Source of the DNA: Leptolyngbyaceae cyanobacterium
GTDB lineage: Bacteria > Cyanobacteriota > Cyanobacteriia > Phormidesmidales > Phormidesmidaceae
NCBI GenBank assembly: GCA_965263355.1
Contig: CBDHHL010000029.1
Coordinates: 1-64,000, forward strand
DNA: 64,000 nucleotides
Direction of reading: 5' to 3'
Shown: one piece after another, positions 41,057 to 52,241 of the stretch
Position numbering within the stretch: position 1 is the stretch's first letter
Layout: every line of letters starts with the position of its first letter
The notes under the pieces: generated by a model
Database searches by the model: none
What the model saw: only the letters and a program-made list of their open reading frames with translations
Told to the model about the DNA's origin: nothing
Translations under genes and position numbers: made by a program

Positions 41057-41494
41057 CTAAGCCCCCCAGTTCAGCTCATCGCCAAAACGGTTGAATGGAA
41101 TTTCATCGTAATCAACACCCCCAGCAGCAACAGGTTTAGCCGCAGGTGCAGGTGGGCGGGATTGCTGTTGGGGGCCGTCGTCTTTTTTGGAGCTTAGTAG
41201 CTCCACTTGGTTGAATGTGGGCACGTACTTAAACCGATCTTTGCCAGTCTCTTTGTCCTGCCAGGTTTCTTTTTTTAACTGACCTGTCAAAGCCACCTTA
41301 GAGCCCTTTCGGCAATAGTCGGCTATCACTTCAGCCGCCTTGCCCCATGCCTTGCAGTTGTACCAGTCCGTAATTTTCTCCCCACCTTTTCGACTATTAA
41401 CTGCCAAAGAAAATTCAGCTAGAGTGTTGCCAGACTCGAAATATCGAATCTCAGGATCTTGCCCAAAGTTGCCAGTAAGAATCAATACGTTCAC
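41057..41494 (-). CDS. ssb: Single-stranded DNA-binding protein
   Basis: NVLILTGNFGQDPEIRY, FSLAVN, W.NCKAWGK.AE, KGSKV, acidic DEIPF tail. Confidence 0.93.
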   Translation of the reverse strand: MNVLILTGNFGQDPEIRYFESGNTLAEFSLAVNSRKGGEKITDWYNCKAWGKAAEVIADYCRKGSKVALTGQLKKETWQDKETGKDRFKYVPTFNQVELLSSKKDDGPQQQSRPPAPAAKPVAAGGVDYDEIPFNRFGDELNWGA

Positions 41495-42063
41495 GCCGCT
41501 TTACCTCCCTGTACGCCTTTCTCAAATGCCTTAATCACTTCGTCGTACTTAGCCTTTGTCACATCATCACTGGATTCAAACCCAAACGACTTGAGCAAAC
41601 CCTTAGAAGAGTCCTTGTCAAACCCATTCTGATTAGCGATCGCATACAGTCGTTTGCGCTGGCCCTCACTAATTAAGTTGGGGTTTCTTTTTGGGGGTTG
41701 AGCCGCGTTACCATCGTCGTCCTCGTCTGCGCTAATCCCAAGGATCGCCGATAGAGAATAACGACGGGCGTAGGTGATTGCTGCGCCCAGCTTCTGCATA
41801 TCCTGAATGTTGGGCAGCATTAGGAAACTTTCCAGCTTTTCCCCTGATGAATGCCAGAGCGTAGTTTTAACCCCCTGACCAGAGTCCATAGGCTCAGTAA
41901 CCTGGGTTACAACCAAATCGTTCTCACACAGAGCATCCAGCACCGCAGTATTGACGCTATCCAAGCTTGCGTAACGGTTCTTGAAATGCGGATTTACCTT
42001 ATCCTTTTTTATTGGCTTAAAGCCTTTCCTGGCCTTAATCAAAGCCTTAATCAGATTTTCCAT
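41491..42063 (-). CDS. erf: ERF-family single-strand annealing protein
   Basis: NPHFKNRYASL, GAAITYARRYSL, DEDDDG. Confidence 0.88.
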   Translation of the reverse strand: MENLIKALIKARKGFKPIKKDKVNPHFKNRYASLDSVNTAVLDALCENDLVVTQVTEPMDSGQGVKTTLWHSSGEKLESFLMLPNIQDMQKLGAAITYARRYSLSAILGISADEDDDGNAAQPPKRNPNLISEGQRKRLYAIANQNGFDKDSSKGLLKSFGFESSDDVTKAKYDEVIKAFEKGVQGGKAA

Positions 42064-42588
42064 AGCTCATTGTTCATTCGCAAACAACTCTGGCCACTGC
42101 AGCCACCCAACCACTAAGGCAGGTTGCGCCATGGGGTTAACTAACTAACTCTCCTGCTTCATAAACTGCAGCCCAGTTCTGATAATCCTCCCTAGCTTCC
42201 TCTTTGCTGGCAAACAACACATCCGACTGCACTAACGCAGTCTTCCAACACCAAAGCCCGAGGGAGTTTCGCTGGAATACTGGATTATTCATTGGCTAGC
42301 TCCGTTAACAGAGCATCGGCAAACTTGACCGCCTCTTGGGCTAAGTACTGATGCAAATCATTGTGGGCAGCGCTAAACCCAGCCTTGGACAGTATCCCCT
42401 GCATTGCTAGGCCAGCAAAATGCTCACGCTTGGTTAGACCCTCGTGAGCATTACCACCGAATGAGTCCCCGAACTGAAAAGGGAAAGCTAACTCATTCTC
42501 ATTTCCATTACTCACAATCTTTCTCCAAAAAACAACAACAGAAAAGCCCTGGCCGCATAGGCAAGTCAACGATGGCCAGGGCAAAGCG

Positions 42589-42921
42589 TCACGCTACTCC
42601 TACATAACTAAATTCCGGTAAATCGCTCCCATGCCGAATCGCATCAGGGAACCTCACCCACACCCCTTTGATACCAACCACATACCACTCAGACGGATAC
42701 GCTCTTAGCAGTGATTTGACCGTCGTCCCCGCAGCCTTGGCGTTGATGTGAGTGAGCTTAACCCTGCCGCCCTTCCCCTCACAGTGGGACCAGCACAGAA
42801 ACTTCTCTCCTGGCCTCCCAGCATTGCGGCCTGGTAAATAGCTGTAACGATGCTGCCTATACTCAGGGACTTCCCACAGCGCAGAGGCAGCCTGCCTGTA
42901 GGTGTGGATGCGGTACCTCAT
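42589..42921 (-). CDS. Hypothetical protein
   Basis: ORF in early leftward operon. Confidence 0.5.
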   Translation of the reverse strand: MRYRIHTYRQAASALWEVPEYRQHRYSYLPGRNAGRPGEKFLCWSHCEGKGGRVKLTHINAKAAGTTVKSLLRAYPSEWYVVGIKGVWVRFPDAIRHGSDLPEFSYVGVA

Positions 42922-42923
42922 GA

Positions 42924-43319
42924 CTAAAATGGCTCGTCTTCAATCTGCCAATCCGAGAGATAACTCTCCCAGTCGACATAGTTGACCAGGGTTGCATCAG
43001 GGATGTACTGAGACAGCCAGTATTGGATCATATTGGCCGCTAGTCCAAAACCAGCACCGATAGTGAGCTTCATCGAGAAGTCCTCGGAAAAGCCCTCGCT
43101 ATCCTCGAGGATTGCGGTAACCCAATAATCCACGACAGTATCGGCATCCAGTACTGAAGCATGAATGCCATAGGACAATTCTCTCCAGCTGCCATTAACA
43201 TCGCAGCATGGGCCGCATGGGGTGAGCTGGGATACTGGCAATCCACATCGAGGGATAACTTTAACTCGGTCGCCCAGGGGGGCTATATATTCCGCTTCGT
43301 GGGGTGCGGCGGTGGTCAT
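42924..43319 (-). CDS. Hypothetical protein, first gene of leftward early operon
   Basis: Preceded by TTGCAT-17-TAAACT (minus); acidic EDEPF tail. Confidence 0.55.
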   Translation of the reverse strand: MTTAAPHEAEYIAPLGDRVKVIPRCGLPVSQLTPCGPCCDVNGSWRELSYGIHASVLDADTVVDYWVTAILEDSEGFSEDFSMKLTIGAGFGLAANMIQYWLSQYIPDATLVNYVDWESYLSDWQIEDEPF

Positions 43320-43715
43320 ATTGCTTGCGATTCCTGCGAACTGAGTTCAGTTTAGCAACTACTTTGCAAAAATGCAATAGCTTTGCAAAAATAACAATCG
43401 CCTGAATTCAATGCCTGCTAGCAGTACCCTATTAATAAAGTGTTAAGACCGACAAGTTTCTTAACTAATTCGCATCACTTTTTTTTATAGCCTGGATCAC
43501 AATGCGCTCTAATTGAACATGCGATTTTTATATGTGTACCCTGAGAATCAAGGTTTATATGCAATATCTGGTTATAAACACTGAGTTAAAAAATGCAGCT
43601 AGGTCACTAAACGAGGCGCTGTCAGAATGCCAAAAAATATGCGGAGAACCAGGCGCTCATCTGGTTCTCCGCAGTAACACAGGGCTAAATGTGCAGTGGA
43701 CTAAAGAGGCATTGG

Positions 43716-44144
43716 TTACCCTTTTGTGTAAGGAGGATTGCCCCTTATTAAGCGGACTAGCTGGAGCGGATCAGTGATCGGGCGACCATTTTTATCTTTG
43801 ATTATTCTGCAATGAGCAATTGCCGTGATCAGCAAAATGTCTTCGCCTGCGCTTTTTTCAGGGGATTTCGCCCATTGAGAGTAGCGACCTATCCGGGTTA
43901 CGTATTCGCTATGGTCTCGGGAGCTATCAGCCATCTCTGGGATGCCAGCTTCCTGGGCCATCCAATCTACGAGCATTGAATAAGTGGGCTGCTGGTAATT
44001 GCCCCTGAAAGGCTCGAAGTACGCGCTAAAGCTTTCTGGCCAGAGTGAACGGTCGCCCAGAAAATCCTTAATGCACCTAGCAAACGTGCGTCTCCCTCTA
44101 TAGATCTTTTCATATTTTTGTGAATTCACGGTACAGCAAATCAT
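43716..44144 (-). CDS. Hypothetical protein in repressor position
   Basis: Lies between the divergent early operons; no recognisable domain. Confidence 0.4.
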   Translation of the reverse strand: MICCTVNSQKYEKIYRGRRTFARCIKDFLGDRSLWPESFSAYFEPFRGNYQQPTYSMLVDWMAQEAGIPEMADSSRDHSEYVTRIGRYSQWAKSPEKSAGEDILLITAIAHCRIIKDKNGRPITDPLQLVRLIRGNPPYTKG

Positions 44145-44301
44145 CTATCTTGCTCCCTGATTGTATAAATGCGGGCTTGATATAGAAAGGCTTTGACGAT
44201 TTTGGCAGGAAGCCCCAATAAAGGCGGGTGGCAGTATTTTTGAAAAGTAATTGCAAATTTGCAAAGCTGCCGATATACTGAACTCAGTGATTGGCAAAAT
44301 A

Positions 44302-44463
44302 ATGGCTAGACAGTCAACAACAAAACAGATCTGGGTCGAACCAGAAGCTATAGAGGCGATCAAGTCGTATAAAAAGCGGCGCAAAAGTTCGCTGACAATT
44401 GGCCAAATTGCTGCGGCTATCATCCTTCAGTTCTTTGACGAATATAACAGCGACGCAGCATAG
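44302..44463 (+). CDS. Small Cro/RHH-like regulator
   Basis: TKQIWV + helix-helix; preceded by TTGCAA-17-TATACT (44251-44279); followed by a hairpin. Confidence 0.5.
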   Translation: MARQSTTKQIWVEPEAIEAIKSYKKRRKSSLTIGQIAAAIILQFFDEYNSDAA

Positions 44464-44839
44464 GAAAAGGCCACAGGATAGCCCTGTGGCCTTTGTTCGC
44501 AAGTAAATAATTTACTAGGCCCATGATACCTATCTCCATAGAATCTTTGTCAGCAGTTTATCGCAATTTCATCAAAACTACGTGTGGGGTACGTGCCCTA
44601 CGCGACATCTACTACGGATACATCGACTGCTTCGAAGCCGCCGAAGAGTGGCGGGACACCCTGGCCGTTCATCTGGACGAGCCTGGGGATTTTGAGTTTT
44701 TCAAGGTTCTCCGACTGGATACTTTCTGGCAGTGCTTAGGCGTGCCTGGAGAGCTGCCAGACTATCCAACGCCCTGGGATGCCTATCTAGAGCGGCTGGA
44801 GTGTGGGGAAAGGTATAAGTCGTTGTTTGTAGGTTCAGA

Positions 44840-45208
44840 ATGAGCGTTTACACCTTTGAACTACTTGGCCCAATCGTCCCCAAGGCCAGGGCAAGAACAA
44901 CTGCCAACGGCACCTACCACCCCCATCGGTATAACGAGTGGAAGCGTGGGGCGATAGCGGATATCTCCAGCCAGTATCGGGGGACTCCGCTAGAGCGGGC
45001 CGAAGTCACCATCAGCTTGACAGGCAAGCACAACCGCCAAGGCGATGCTGACAACGTAGCTGGTTCGATTCTGGACGCGTTGGTTCAGGCAAAAGTGCTA
45101 GTGGACGACAACATGAAACGGGTGCCCAGCCTGACGATTGCGTTGGACTGGAAAAAGAAAGCTGCCCCTAGGGCTGTAGTTGTTTTAAGTACGTCAGAGG
45201 AGTCATGA
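44840..45208 (+). CDS. rusA: RusA-family Holliday junction resolvase
   Basis: PKARAR, GDADNVAGSILDAL, VLVDDN. Confidence 0.85.
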   Translation: MSVYTFELLGPIVPKARARTTANGTYHPHRYNEWKRGAIADISSQYRGTPLERAEVTISLTGKHNRQGDADNVAGSILDALVQAKVLVDDNMKRVPSLTIALDWKKKAAPRAVVVLSTSEES

Positions 45209-45991
45209 AAATAATCCATGATCTGCAGCCAATCGAGCTGGAATACTATTCGCTCGACGAGCGACTGAATGAGGCGAATAAAAGAATTATGAGGCTGCCC
45301 GAGCTTGGCATATTGCGCCGAGAGTTTGCGGGCAGTGCGCACAGCGTACCTGTATGTTTCGGGCTGAACAGGATGATTGGCAGTAACAACGTCGAGCGCT
45401 ACCGAAAGGCTGTATTCCGGGTGTACAAAGAGTTTGGGCTTGAGCTGTTGGAGGGTTTCTGATGAATCACCCACCGACACAATGCAGTAAATTCCTGGAC
45501 GAGAAAGGCAACCCCTTGGTTGTCACGTCCGACGATATCGACAAGGCGGTTAGTTGGTATGAGGCCAACTGGATGACCGTTTCTATGGCCCTGCCAGTGA
45601 CTGTGTGGGGCACTGTCTACTCGGTGCGCTGGCGAGAAAGATTTGACAGCCAAACGCTGCCACTGTGGCGAGATGGGAAGCTGCGGCTAAACCTGGCTGT
45701 GGCGTATGTCTATGCCGCATTGAGAAGGCTGTGCACTGCGCTAAAAAGCAAAGCCAAGCCCTAGCCCGATTCCATCTACCGTTCACTTCAAGCACCTGTT
45801 AATCATCACTGAAAAATGAGCAAGTACGAGCAGGCCATAAAAGCAGGTCACAAGATTTTACGCTCTTTTGTGGGCGATGACCCTATAAATCAAGCGATTC
45901 GAGCTGATGCAGAGCGCTTATACGAAAACCTAATAATTCTGCCTTGTGAGTTGATGACGCTGGTCACTCGCAAGATTGAGAGGGGGGATCT

Positions 45992-47002
45992 GTGAGTATC
46001 ACATGGTTTCGTCTGTATCACGACATGCCCAATGACAGGAAACTTAGAAAATTCAGTCCACAGCAAAAATGGGCGTGGGTAGTGCTTTTGTGTTTAGCCA
46101 GCGACTCCAAAGAAAGGGGGTTTGTGGATACGGGGGATGAAGAAGACCTAGCGGATTATTGCGGATTCGAAAGTACGCAAGACTTTCAATTTTTTTTGGA
46201 CAAACTTCGCCAAAAAGGAATGATCGAACCGTTCCCAGGAAGGCTAAAGATCACCCACTGGGAAGACAGGCAGTATGAAAAACCTAGCGACAAACCAGAG
46301 GCGATAAAAGCCCGTGTAGCAAAGCATAGGGCTAAGAAAAAGGCTCAAAAAGAGGGTGTAACGGTAACGCCTTGTAACGCGTTACAAACGCTAAGTAACG
46401 CGGATGAAACGCCAAAGAAACACCCTGTAACGGACAGAACAGATACAGATACAGATACAAAGAAGAAAGAAGAAATAATGTCACCTGAAGGTGACTTGTC
46501 ACGCGTGGCATCGGATAAGTCTAAAAAGCGGAAGGATGCAAGCTACTACCTGAAAAAGTGCTCTGAAGCCTACAGGAGTAAGTTTGAGGATTGGTGGACT
46601 TGGTACAAGTCCAGGTGCGAGGATCTTGGCTCTCACTACGGCTCAAAGGCCAGCGCAGCTCAAGTGTGGGCTCAGATGGAAAAGGATTTTGACATCGAGC
46701 AATTCAGGCTAGGGTGCTCGACTTGGTTCAAGGAAGCTAAAGCCAAAGGCAGCAAAGCGCCTCATGGATGCATTTTTCTTAAGGGCAAGGATACGCACAA
46801 AGACCCGTACTGGGTAGCAGCGCTGGAGTCGCTGAAGCCGCAGCAAAAGTCAGACTTTCTTGCCACATCGCCAGTGCAAACACTCACGATTACTCCAGAG
46901 CAAGAGGCTGAGTTGAGGGCTAAAGACCCAATGGAATTAACCGACGAAGAGTTCGCCTTGCTCAATCCAGGATTCAAGATTTACGGCAAGGGGGCAGCAT
47001 GA
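45992..47002 (+). CDS. Phage replisome organiser / replication initiator
   Basis: WFRLYHD..DRKL..WVVLLCLA, ITHWEDRQ, RVAKHR; directly upstream of dnaB. Confidence 0.8.
   Translation: MSITWFRLYHDMPNDRKLRKFSPQQKWAWVVLLCLASDSKERGFVDTGDEEDLADYCGFESTQDFQFFLDKLRQKGMIEPFPGRLKITHWEDRQYEKPSDKPEAIKARVAKHRAKKKAQKEGVTVTPCNALQTLSNADETPKKHPVTDRTDTDTDTKKKEEIMSPEGDLSRVASDKSKKRKDASYYLKKCSEAYRSKFEDWWTWYKSRCEDLGSHYGSKASAAQVWAQMEKDFDIEQFRLGCSTWFKEAKAKGSKAPHGCIFLKGKDTHKDPYWVAALESLKPQQKSDFLATSPVQTLTITPEQEAELRAKDPMELTDEEFALLNPGFKIYGKGAA
46356..46459. repeat. Iteron-like GTAACG cluster and ACAGAT x3 (putative origin)
   Basis: GTAACG at 46358, 46364, 46374, 46395, 46427; palindrome TGTAACGCGTTACA. Confidence 0.65.
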
Positions 47003-48498
47003 CAATTGCGTTCAACATACTGGACCACGTTGGCCAGCTCACCCCAGTGGAAGAACGGGGCAAAAATGGGTACTACCATTGCCCGGTGTGTGGCGACGAT
47101 AATTTCACGGTCTCCAAAACAGGCGCTTATCAGTGCTGGGGCAATCAGTGCAAGCCTGAGGATATCCGCAACGCAGTTAGCCCACTGAAAAAGGCAGACA
47201 GGCTAACCTCAGTTCAGCGAGAAAAGATAAAGCTCAGCAAGCAATCCAAAGAAGCCGAACTTGGCACTGCTGAGGTAAAGGCTCAGGCTGAACATTACAT
47301 GCTCATGGTGGCAGAAAAAGTCATCTCAGAAGCTGAGGCCTATCTGAGGCTTTCTGAGTGGTGTAAAAGCACCCGTCATGATGAGTTCAACGCTAAGCGT
47401 ATTCTAAAGGGCTTCCTGGAGCTGCTAGGGCCATCTGATGGAACGTTAGACCCGACAGAGGATGCTAAAGTTTTGAAGTCGCTAGTCAAGGCTTATGCTG
47501 AAGAGCGTGATTTGACTTGCAAGTATGTTTTGAAGGGTCGCATTACGACTCGCTTTAAGCTCAATGACTCTCAAATCGAAGCGCTTCTTGAGCAGGTTGC
47601 CCCATCAGCGAACTTAGATTTTCGGCACTGTTCAGAAGACTTTGAGGATCGTGATTACTTAGCCCAGTTAGAGGCGCTTTCTAGGAATGAGATCCCTGCT
47701 GGCTTAAGTACTGGTCTGCTAGGGCTTGATCGAGTGCTGGGAGGGCTTGAAGAGAAATCTCTTTACATCATTGGAGGTAAGCCGTCTCAAGGAAAATCCG
47801 CCCTTGCCCAGACTGTTACTCGTGAAATATTAAAAAAATATCGCATCCCTACGGCTGTGTTCACTCTTGAGATGCCTGCGCGGCAATGGAAGGGGAGATG
47901 GCTGTCAGCGGAGAGAAGCATTGATTACACAAAGATTCGGCTGGGCACTTTTTCAGAGTACGAGTGGGGGCAAGTGCTTGATTGCATGGCTTATTTCTAT
48001 GAACTCCCGTTGTTCCTTTCAGAAATTAGCGGGATCACCCCTAGCTACTTGCGTAGGAGTTGTCTAGCTATTTCTGAGAAATGCAAAGAGCAGTACGGTC
48101 AGGGGCTTGGCTTAGTTGTCGTCGATTACTTGAATTTAATGCGCTGCCCTGGCCATGCAAATCGGACTCAAGAGGTGTCGCAGATCGCTAGAGAACTGCA
48201 ATCTTTAGCGAAAGAGATTGGGTGCCGAGTAATTGCCCTAAGCCAACTTCGGAAAGGTGATGGCGTTGCGTCATCGAAAGAGCCTGGACTTGATGATTTG
48301 CGTGAGTCTGGAGAGATTGCCCAGGTTGCTGATGGGGTTGTTTTAGTGCATCGGCCAGGCCGCTATGACGAGACTGTTCCAGATAGCGTCAGTAAGTTGA
48401 TTGTGGCAAAAAATCGCCATGGGAAGGTTGGTGAGTGTGAGGCAGTGTTTGAAGGAAAATACATGAGGTTTTTGGACGCAAGCGGGAGGATGGGTTAA
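46999..48498 (+). CDS. dnaB: DnaB-like replicative helicase with N-terminal zinc-binding domain
   Basis: GGKPSQGKS, FTLEM, VVVDYL, ALSQL, LRESGEIAQVAD, KNRHG; N-terminal CPVC..C....C. Confidence 0.88.
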   Translation: MTIAFNILDHVGQLTPVEERGKNGYYHCPVCGDDNFTVSKTGAYQCWGNQCKPEDIRNAVSPLKKADRLTSVQREKIKLSKQSKEAELGTAEVKAQAEHYMLMVAEKVISEAEAYLRLSEWCKSTRHDEFNAKRILKGFLELLGPSDGTLDPTEDAKVLKSLVKAYAEERDLTCKYVLKGRITTRFKLNDSQIEALLEQVAPSANLDFRHCSEDFEDRDYLAQLEALSRNEIPAGLSTGLLGLDRVLGGLEEKSLYIIGGKPSQGKSALAQTVTREILKKYRIPTAVFTLEMPARQWKGRWLSAERSIDYTKIRLGTFSEYEWGQVLDCMAYFYELPLFLSEISGITPSYLRRSCLAISEKCKEQYGQGLGLVVVDYLNLMRCPGHANRTQEVSQIARELQSLAKEIGCRVIALSQLRKGDGVASSKEPGLDDLRESGEIAQVADGVVLVHRPGRYDETVPDSVSKLIVAKNRHGKVGECEAVFEGKYMRFLDASGRMG

Positions 48499-49355
48499 TG
48501 CAAAAGAAATTTACTTATTGGTATGTCGATGGTGACTACGTAGTCACCGATATTTCAGGGGTTGAGTACGACCTGCATCTGCCAACGATGCGGGCAAATC
48601 GAACGACATTCGAGGGTGTCCTGCTTTGCTTAGAAGACAAGTGCTGGACTAATGATTTTTTGATTCAGGAGTTCAAGCAAATTGTTCAGGGCAACAAAGA
48701 TTGTTCAAATGCAGCGTGAGGATATAGAGGGGAAGACGTTTTTTAAAGAAGTTAGTGAAATGGCGAGGAGAAAGACATGAGTGCAAGGTTCGAGGTTAGA
48801 GATAGCGAGGTAAATTTTGAAATTGAGAACATTTCAGCTGAGTATATCCAGTGCCAAGACTGCAGCTGGATCGGCAAAACGGAGCACGCACTAATGCCGC
48901 CGGGTTATGGTGGTCTGCTGTCATGCCCTGCCTGTAGCTGTATGTCGGTTGAGGAGTATACAGGGCCGAGAACGGTTGGGATTCCCGTTGAGCTGCTAAG
49001 TGCAGTCAACTCAAAGCTTATCAACGCCTTCATTTACCTGAAGGGTGACTGGGATGAGGAAATGAAAGAAATTCAGCGCGATTGCACCATCGAGGTGTGG
49101 AAGCAGCTTCGCGAATTCATGAAAGGGCAGGGACTGTTGATTGAAAGGGAGGAAGATCAATCATGAAACGAGAAACATTTGACGAAAATTGGATTACGGG
49201 CACTCGCTACCAGTTCTTTGAGCCCAAATTGTGGCGATGGCATTGGCCGAAGCTGTCGAAGACTGAGAACGAGATCTTATGGGTTCTGCCGACTATGAGC
49301 GTGAGGTGGTTTAGATGACTTGGGATAGGACAGTTAAATTTATGGAGTTAATAGC

Positions 49356-49730
49356 ATGACGATAACATTGACCACCGAGCCCGGCACCGTGCCAGGGCAA
49401 CTGACTCATGAAGATCTCAGTGAAGTTGAACCGAAATACAGCCGAGCACCGATCAAAGTGAGCCAAAAAGACTTAATCCGCTGGTGGGATCAGGGGGTGA
49501 TTAACACCGCTCACTTTATCCGCTTTGCCCTTATGGTTGAGCGGGTGGGAGAGGATGGGCTAGAGAATTTTGATATTGAGAAATTCTGTGGCGATTGGGT
49601 GGGGACCAAGAAAAGCGGAGACGAGCGCTTTGTTACGCCTAAGCAAGTGATGGCTGAAATTCAAGCGCTGCAGCAGTGTGGGGCTGCTCACGTCGAGACA
49701 ACTGTACAAATGAGCTTGGATTTACGATGA
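49356..49730 (+). CDS. Hypothetical protein
   Basis: GGAG RBS; in operon. Confidence 0.55.
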   Translation: MTITLTTEPGTVPGQLTHEDLSEVEPKYSRAPIKVSQKDLIRWWDQGVINTAHFIRFALMVERVGEDGLENFDIEKFCGDWVGTKKSGDERFVTPKQVMAEIQALQQCGAAHVETTVQMSLDLR

Positions 49731-50178
49731 AGCAAATAACTTGGCAAAAAAGCACGGCAGACAGGGCATATCCAGTCTTTCGTGATACCCCAACCGAGCC
49801 ATGGCAGCCGCTAAATAAGCACGCGTGGGCGGTTGGGTTAACTGACTTTCAGAGGTTCCAGGCTTTGCTGAAGCAAGGCTATGTGGCGGTTGTGGAGGAG
49901 GGTGAGGGATGAAGTTTACTGTATGGCAGGAAGTAGAGGTAGAAGTAGATTTAGGCTCTCAGGAGCTGCAAAGCTTTATTGCGGAACATTGGAGCGCAAT
50001 TGATGAAGACGGCTTCCCCGTTCGAGACAAAGTTATTAGCGTTGTGACACTCTTCAGTGATTTATCTGATGAGCAGCTCAAATCTTTTTCAAGTAAATCA
50101 TTGTCCACAATTGCGGCGGAGTTGGACAAGCAGGCTGGAAGGTTAAGACGCTTAATCCAGGAGGTTGAGGGGAAATGA

Positions 50179-50469
50179 ATGACAGAGAGATACGAGAAAA
50201 CTGGAGGCAGCATGAATCCACTTGAACTAACGCCAAGACAGCACAGCATTGTTTCAATGCTGGCTCAGGGCATGCATAACAAAAAAATTGCGAGCCAACT
50301 GGGAATAACCACTATTGTTATTCGCTCTCACATCAAGCTAGCTGTTGATAAAGTAGGGGCTCAATCGACAGCCCAGCTCATGTTTTGGTACGGGCAACGG
50401 GGGGCAATCACTAAAGATTCGCGAGGCCGAAATAATCAATTTGTCCAGCGACGACGGGAGGCAGCATGA
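50179..50469 (+). CDS. LuxR-type HTH regulator (possible late activator)
   Basis: LTPRQHSIVSMLAQGMHNKKIASQLGI..VIRSHI..KVG. Confidence 0.82.
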   Translation: MTERYEKTGGSMNPLELTPRQHSIVSMLAQGMHNKKIASQLGITTIVIRSHIKLAVDKVGAQSTAQLMFWYGQRGAITKDSRGRNNQFVQRRREAA

Positions 50470-50780
50470 CAGTCTGGAATCAAAATGAAATGAATTTACA
50501 ATATCCTCGCACTGAGCCTGAGCCTGATGGTGCGTCATGGCCGGAAATAATATTCGGGATAATTATCTTGCCATTCGCTCTGTTGACTGTTGGGATAACG
50601 ACGATGATCGTCTATTGGATATCCCTGCAAGATCAGCGACGCACGGAGCAGTGGCGGGCAGCTGCAAAGATGGGGCCTGAGGAGCATTTAGAACGCTGTT
50701 TTAAGCTGGGAGGAAAACGGTGACGAGTGCTAAAGAGATCTTCACGCAAAGAGCCAAACAGTATTACGAGAAAAAATACC

Positions 50781-52241
50781 CTAACGGTAAAATTGAACCT
50801 TTACCCGTTGTTGTGGCGAAAGTTGTTTCCCATGAACAACAACCTGCTTGATTAGTGAGTCAAGAATTATCCTTAGCTCACTGGGGGCTAGTTCTTCCCA
50901 GAATTCAGGATCCGCAGCAACCGTTTCGTAAATGTCAACGTCGTTTGGATCTACGTCTTGCCCAGTGGCTTGCTCTAGTTTTGATAGTTGCTGCTGCTTA
51001 GCCTGGATCACTCCACTCAATTCCGGATCCGCCATTGCCTGCAGCTGCTGTATCTGGTTTCTGAGTTTTATTATTTCTGGGTTCACTTCAGTGTTCGGCT
51101 CAGCAAATTCTTGAGCAATGTCGAGTGCCCTAGCGCAAACCTGTGAGATCACTTCCTTGAAGAATTGATCCGTTTTAATTGAATTCTTATAAGGGCACTG
51201 CCTTTTCACTCGGCTGTTAATGGTTGATTCTGCTCCTCCACGGCAAACCAGATATGAATACGTTTTTCCCTGCCTATGGACAGTACTATTATTGTGTCTG
51301 CCGCCGCATAAGCCACACTTAATTTTGCCAGCTAATGGCTTTCTGCTCCTGGGGAATCCATTGTTCATTGGATTAGGAGCAGAGGCAATATTTTCGACAG
51401 TTACTTGCACAGCTCGCCATCGGTCAGGATCCATAATCGCTTCATGGTCTCCCTTCCTGACTAGCTCATTAGGCTTGCCAGGGAAATCAACCAGATAACC
51501 ACGAATCACGGGAGACTGGACCCATCGCATAAATCCCTTAGTACTGACAGGGAAGTTTTTAGCAACTCCCCATCTCTCAGGATGCTTTTCGCTATAACGA
51601 CCGCACATTGCCCGAATAGTGGCCCGGTATCCTCCAAGCTCAATTAACGTATCGATCATTTCGATAGCGATTTCCCGATAAGTCTTTCCGTCAGAACCAG
51701 GGAAAATATCATCATTAATTACTAGCCGCTGATCGCTGTCCTTTTTATAGCCAAATGGCGGATTAACTATCCTGTTTTGACTACGCCTGAACGCATGCCC
51801 TTTTACACTGTGCTCCCGTGCTTGGTCTCGTTGATGCTGCGCAAATGTGGCATCCAGGTTAGCTTGCAGGTTCCCGGCTGCACTGGTCAGGTCGATAGGC
51901 TTGATCCCTTTGTCCAGCTCGATTAATTCGCAGTCATTTTCTAAAAGTGCATCCCTGATTTTTACCCACACTCCAATATCTCGATGCCCCCTGGAGTGAT
52001 ACGGGACTACAAAGTATTTCTTATTAGGATCTTTCAACCTGGCTAATGCTTTTTGTAAATCCTTGCGTTCGAATATGCCGCCGGATTCAGCATCAGAATA
52101 AATATCAGTAGGAGCAATGCCGACCGCTTCAAGACGCTCTAAATAACGCTCGGGACTATGGCCCTCTTGCTCCTGCCGTTGCGTCGAAACACGATAATAC
52201 CCAATGGCCTGAGATGGGTCGAAACTACTGTTTGCGGTCAA
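50781..52241 (-). CDS. Large serine recombinase (integrase, XisF-like)
   Basis: GYYRVSTQRQ catalytic motif, DAESG, SRGHR, PPFGY recombinase domain, CGLCG zinc ribbon, coiled coil. Confidence 0.92.
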   Translation of the reverse strand: MTANSSFDPSQAIGYYRVSTQRQEQEGHSPERYLERLEAVGIAPTDIYSDAESGGIFERKDLQKALARLKDPNKKYFVVPYHSRGHRDIGVWVKIRDALLENDCELIELDKGIKPIDLTSAAGNLQANLDATFAQHQRDQAREHSVKGHAFRRSQNRIVNPPFGYKKDSDQRLVINDDIFPGSDGKTYREIAIEMIDTLIELGGYRATIRAMCGRYSEKHPERWGVAKNFPVSTKGFMRWVQSPVIRGYLVDFPGKPNELVRKGDHEAIMDPDRWRAVQVTVENIASAPNPMNNGFPRSRKPLAGKIKCGLCGGRHNNSTVHRQGKTYSYLVCRGGAESTINSRVKRQCPYKNSIKTDQFFKEVISQVCARALDIAQEFAEPNTEVNPEIIKLRNQIQQLQAMADPELSGVIQAKQQQLSKLEQATGQDVDPNDVDIYETVAADPEFWEELAPSELRIILDSLIKQVVVHGKQLSPQQRVKVQFYR

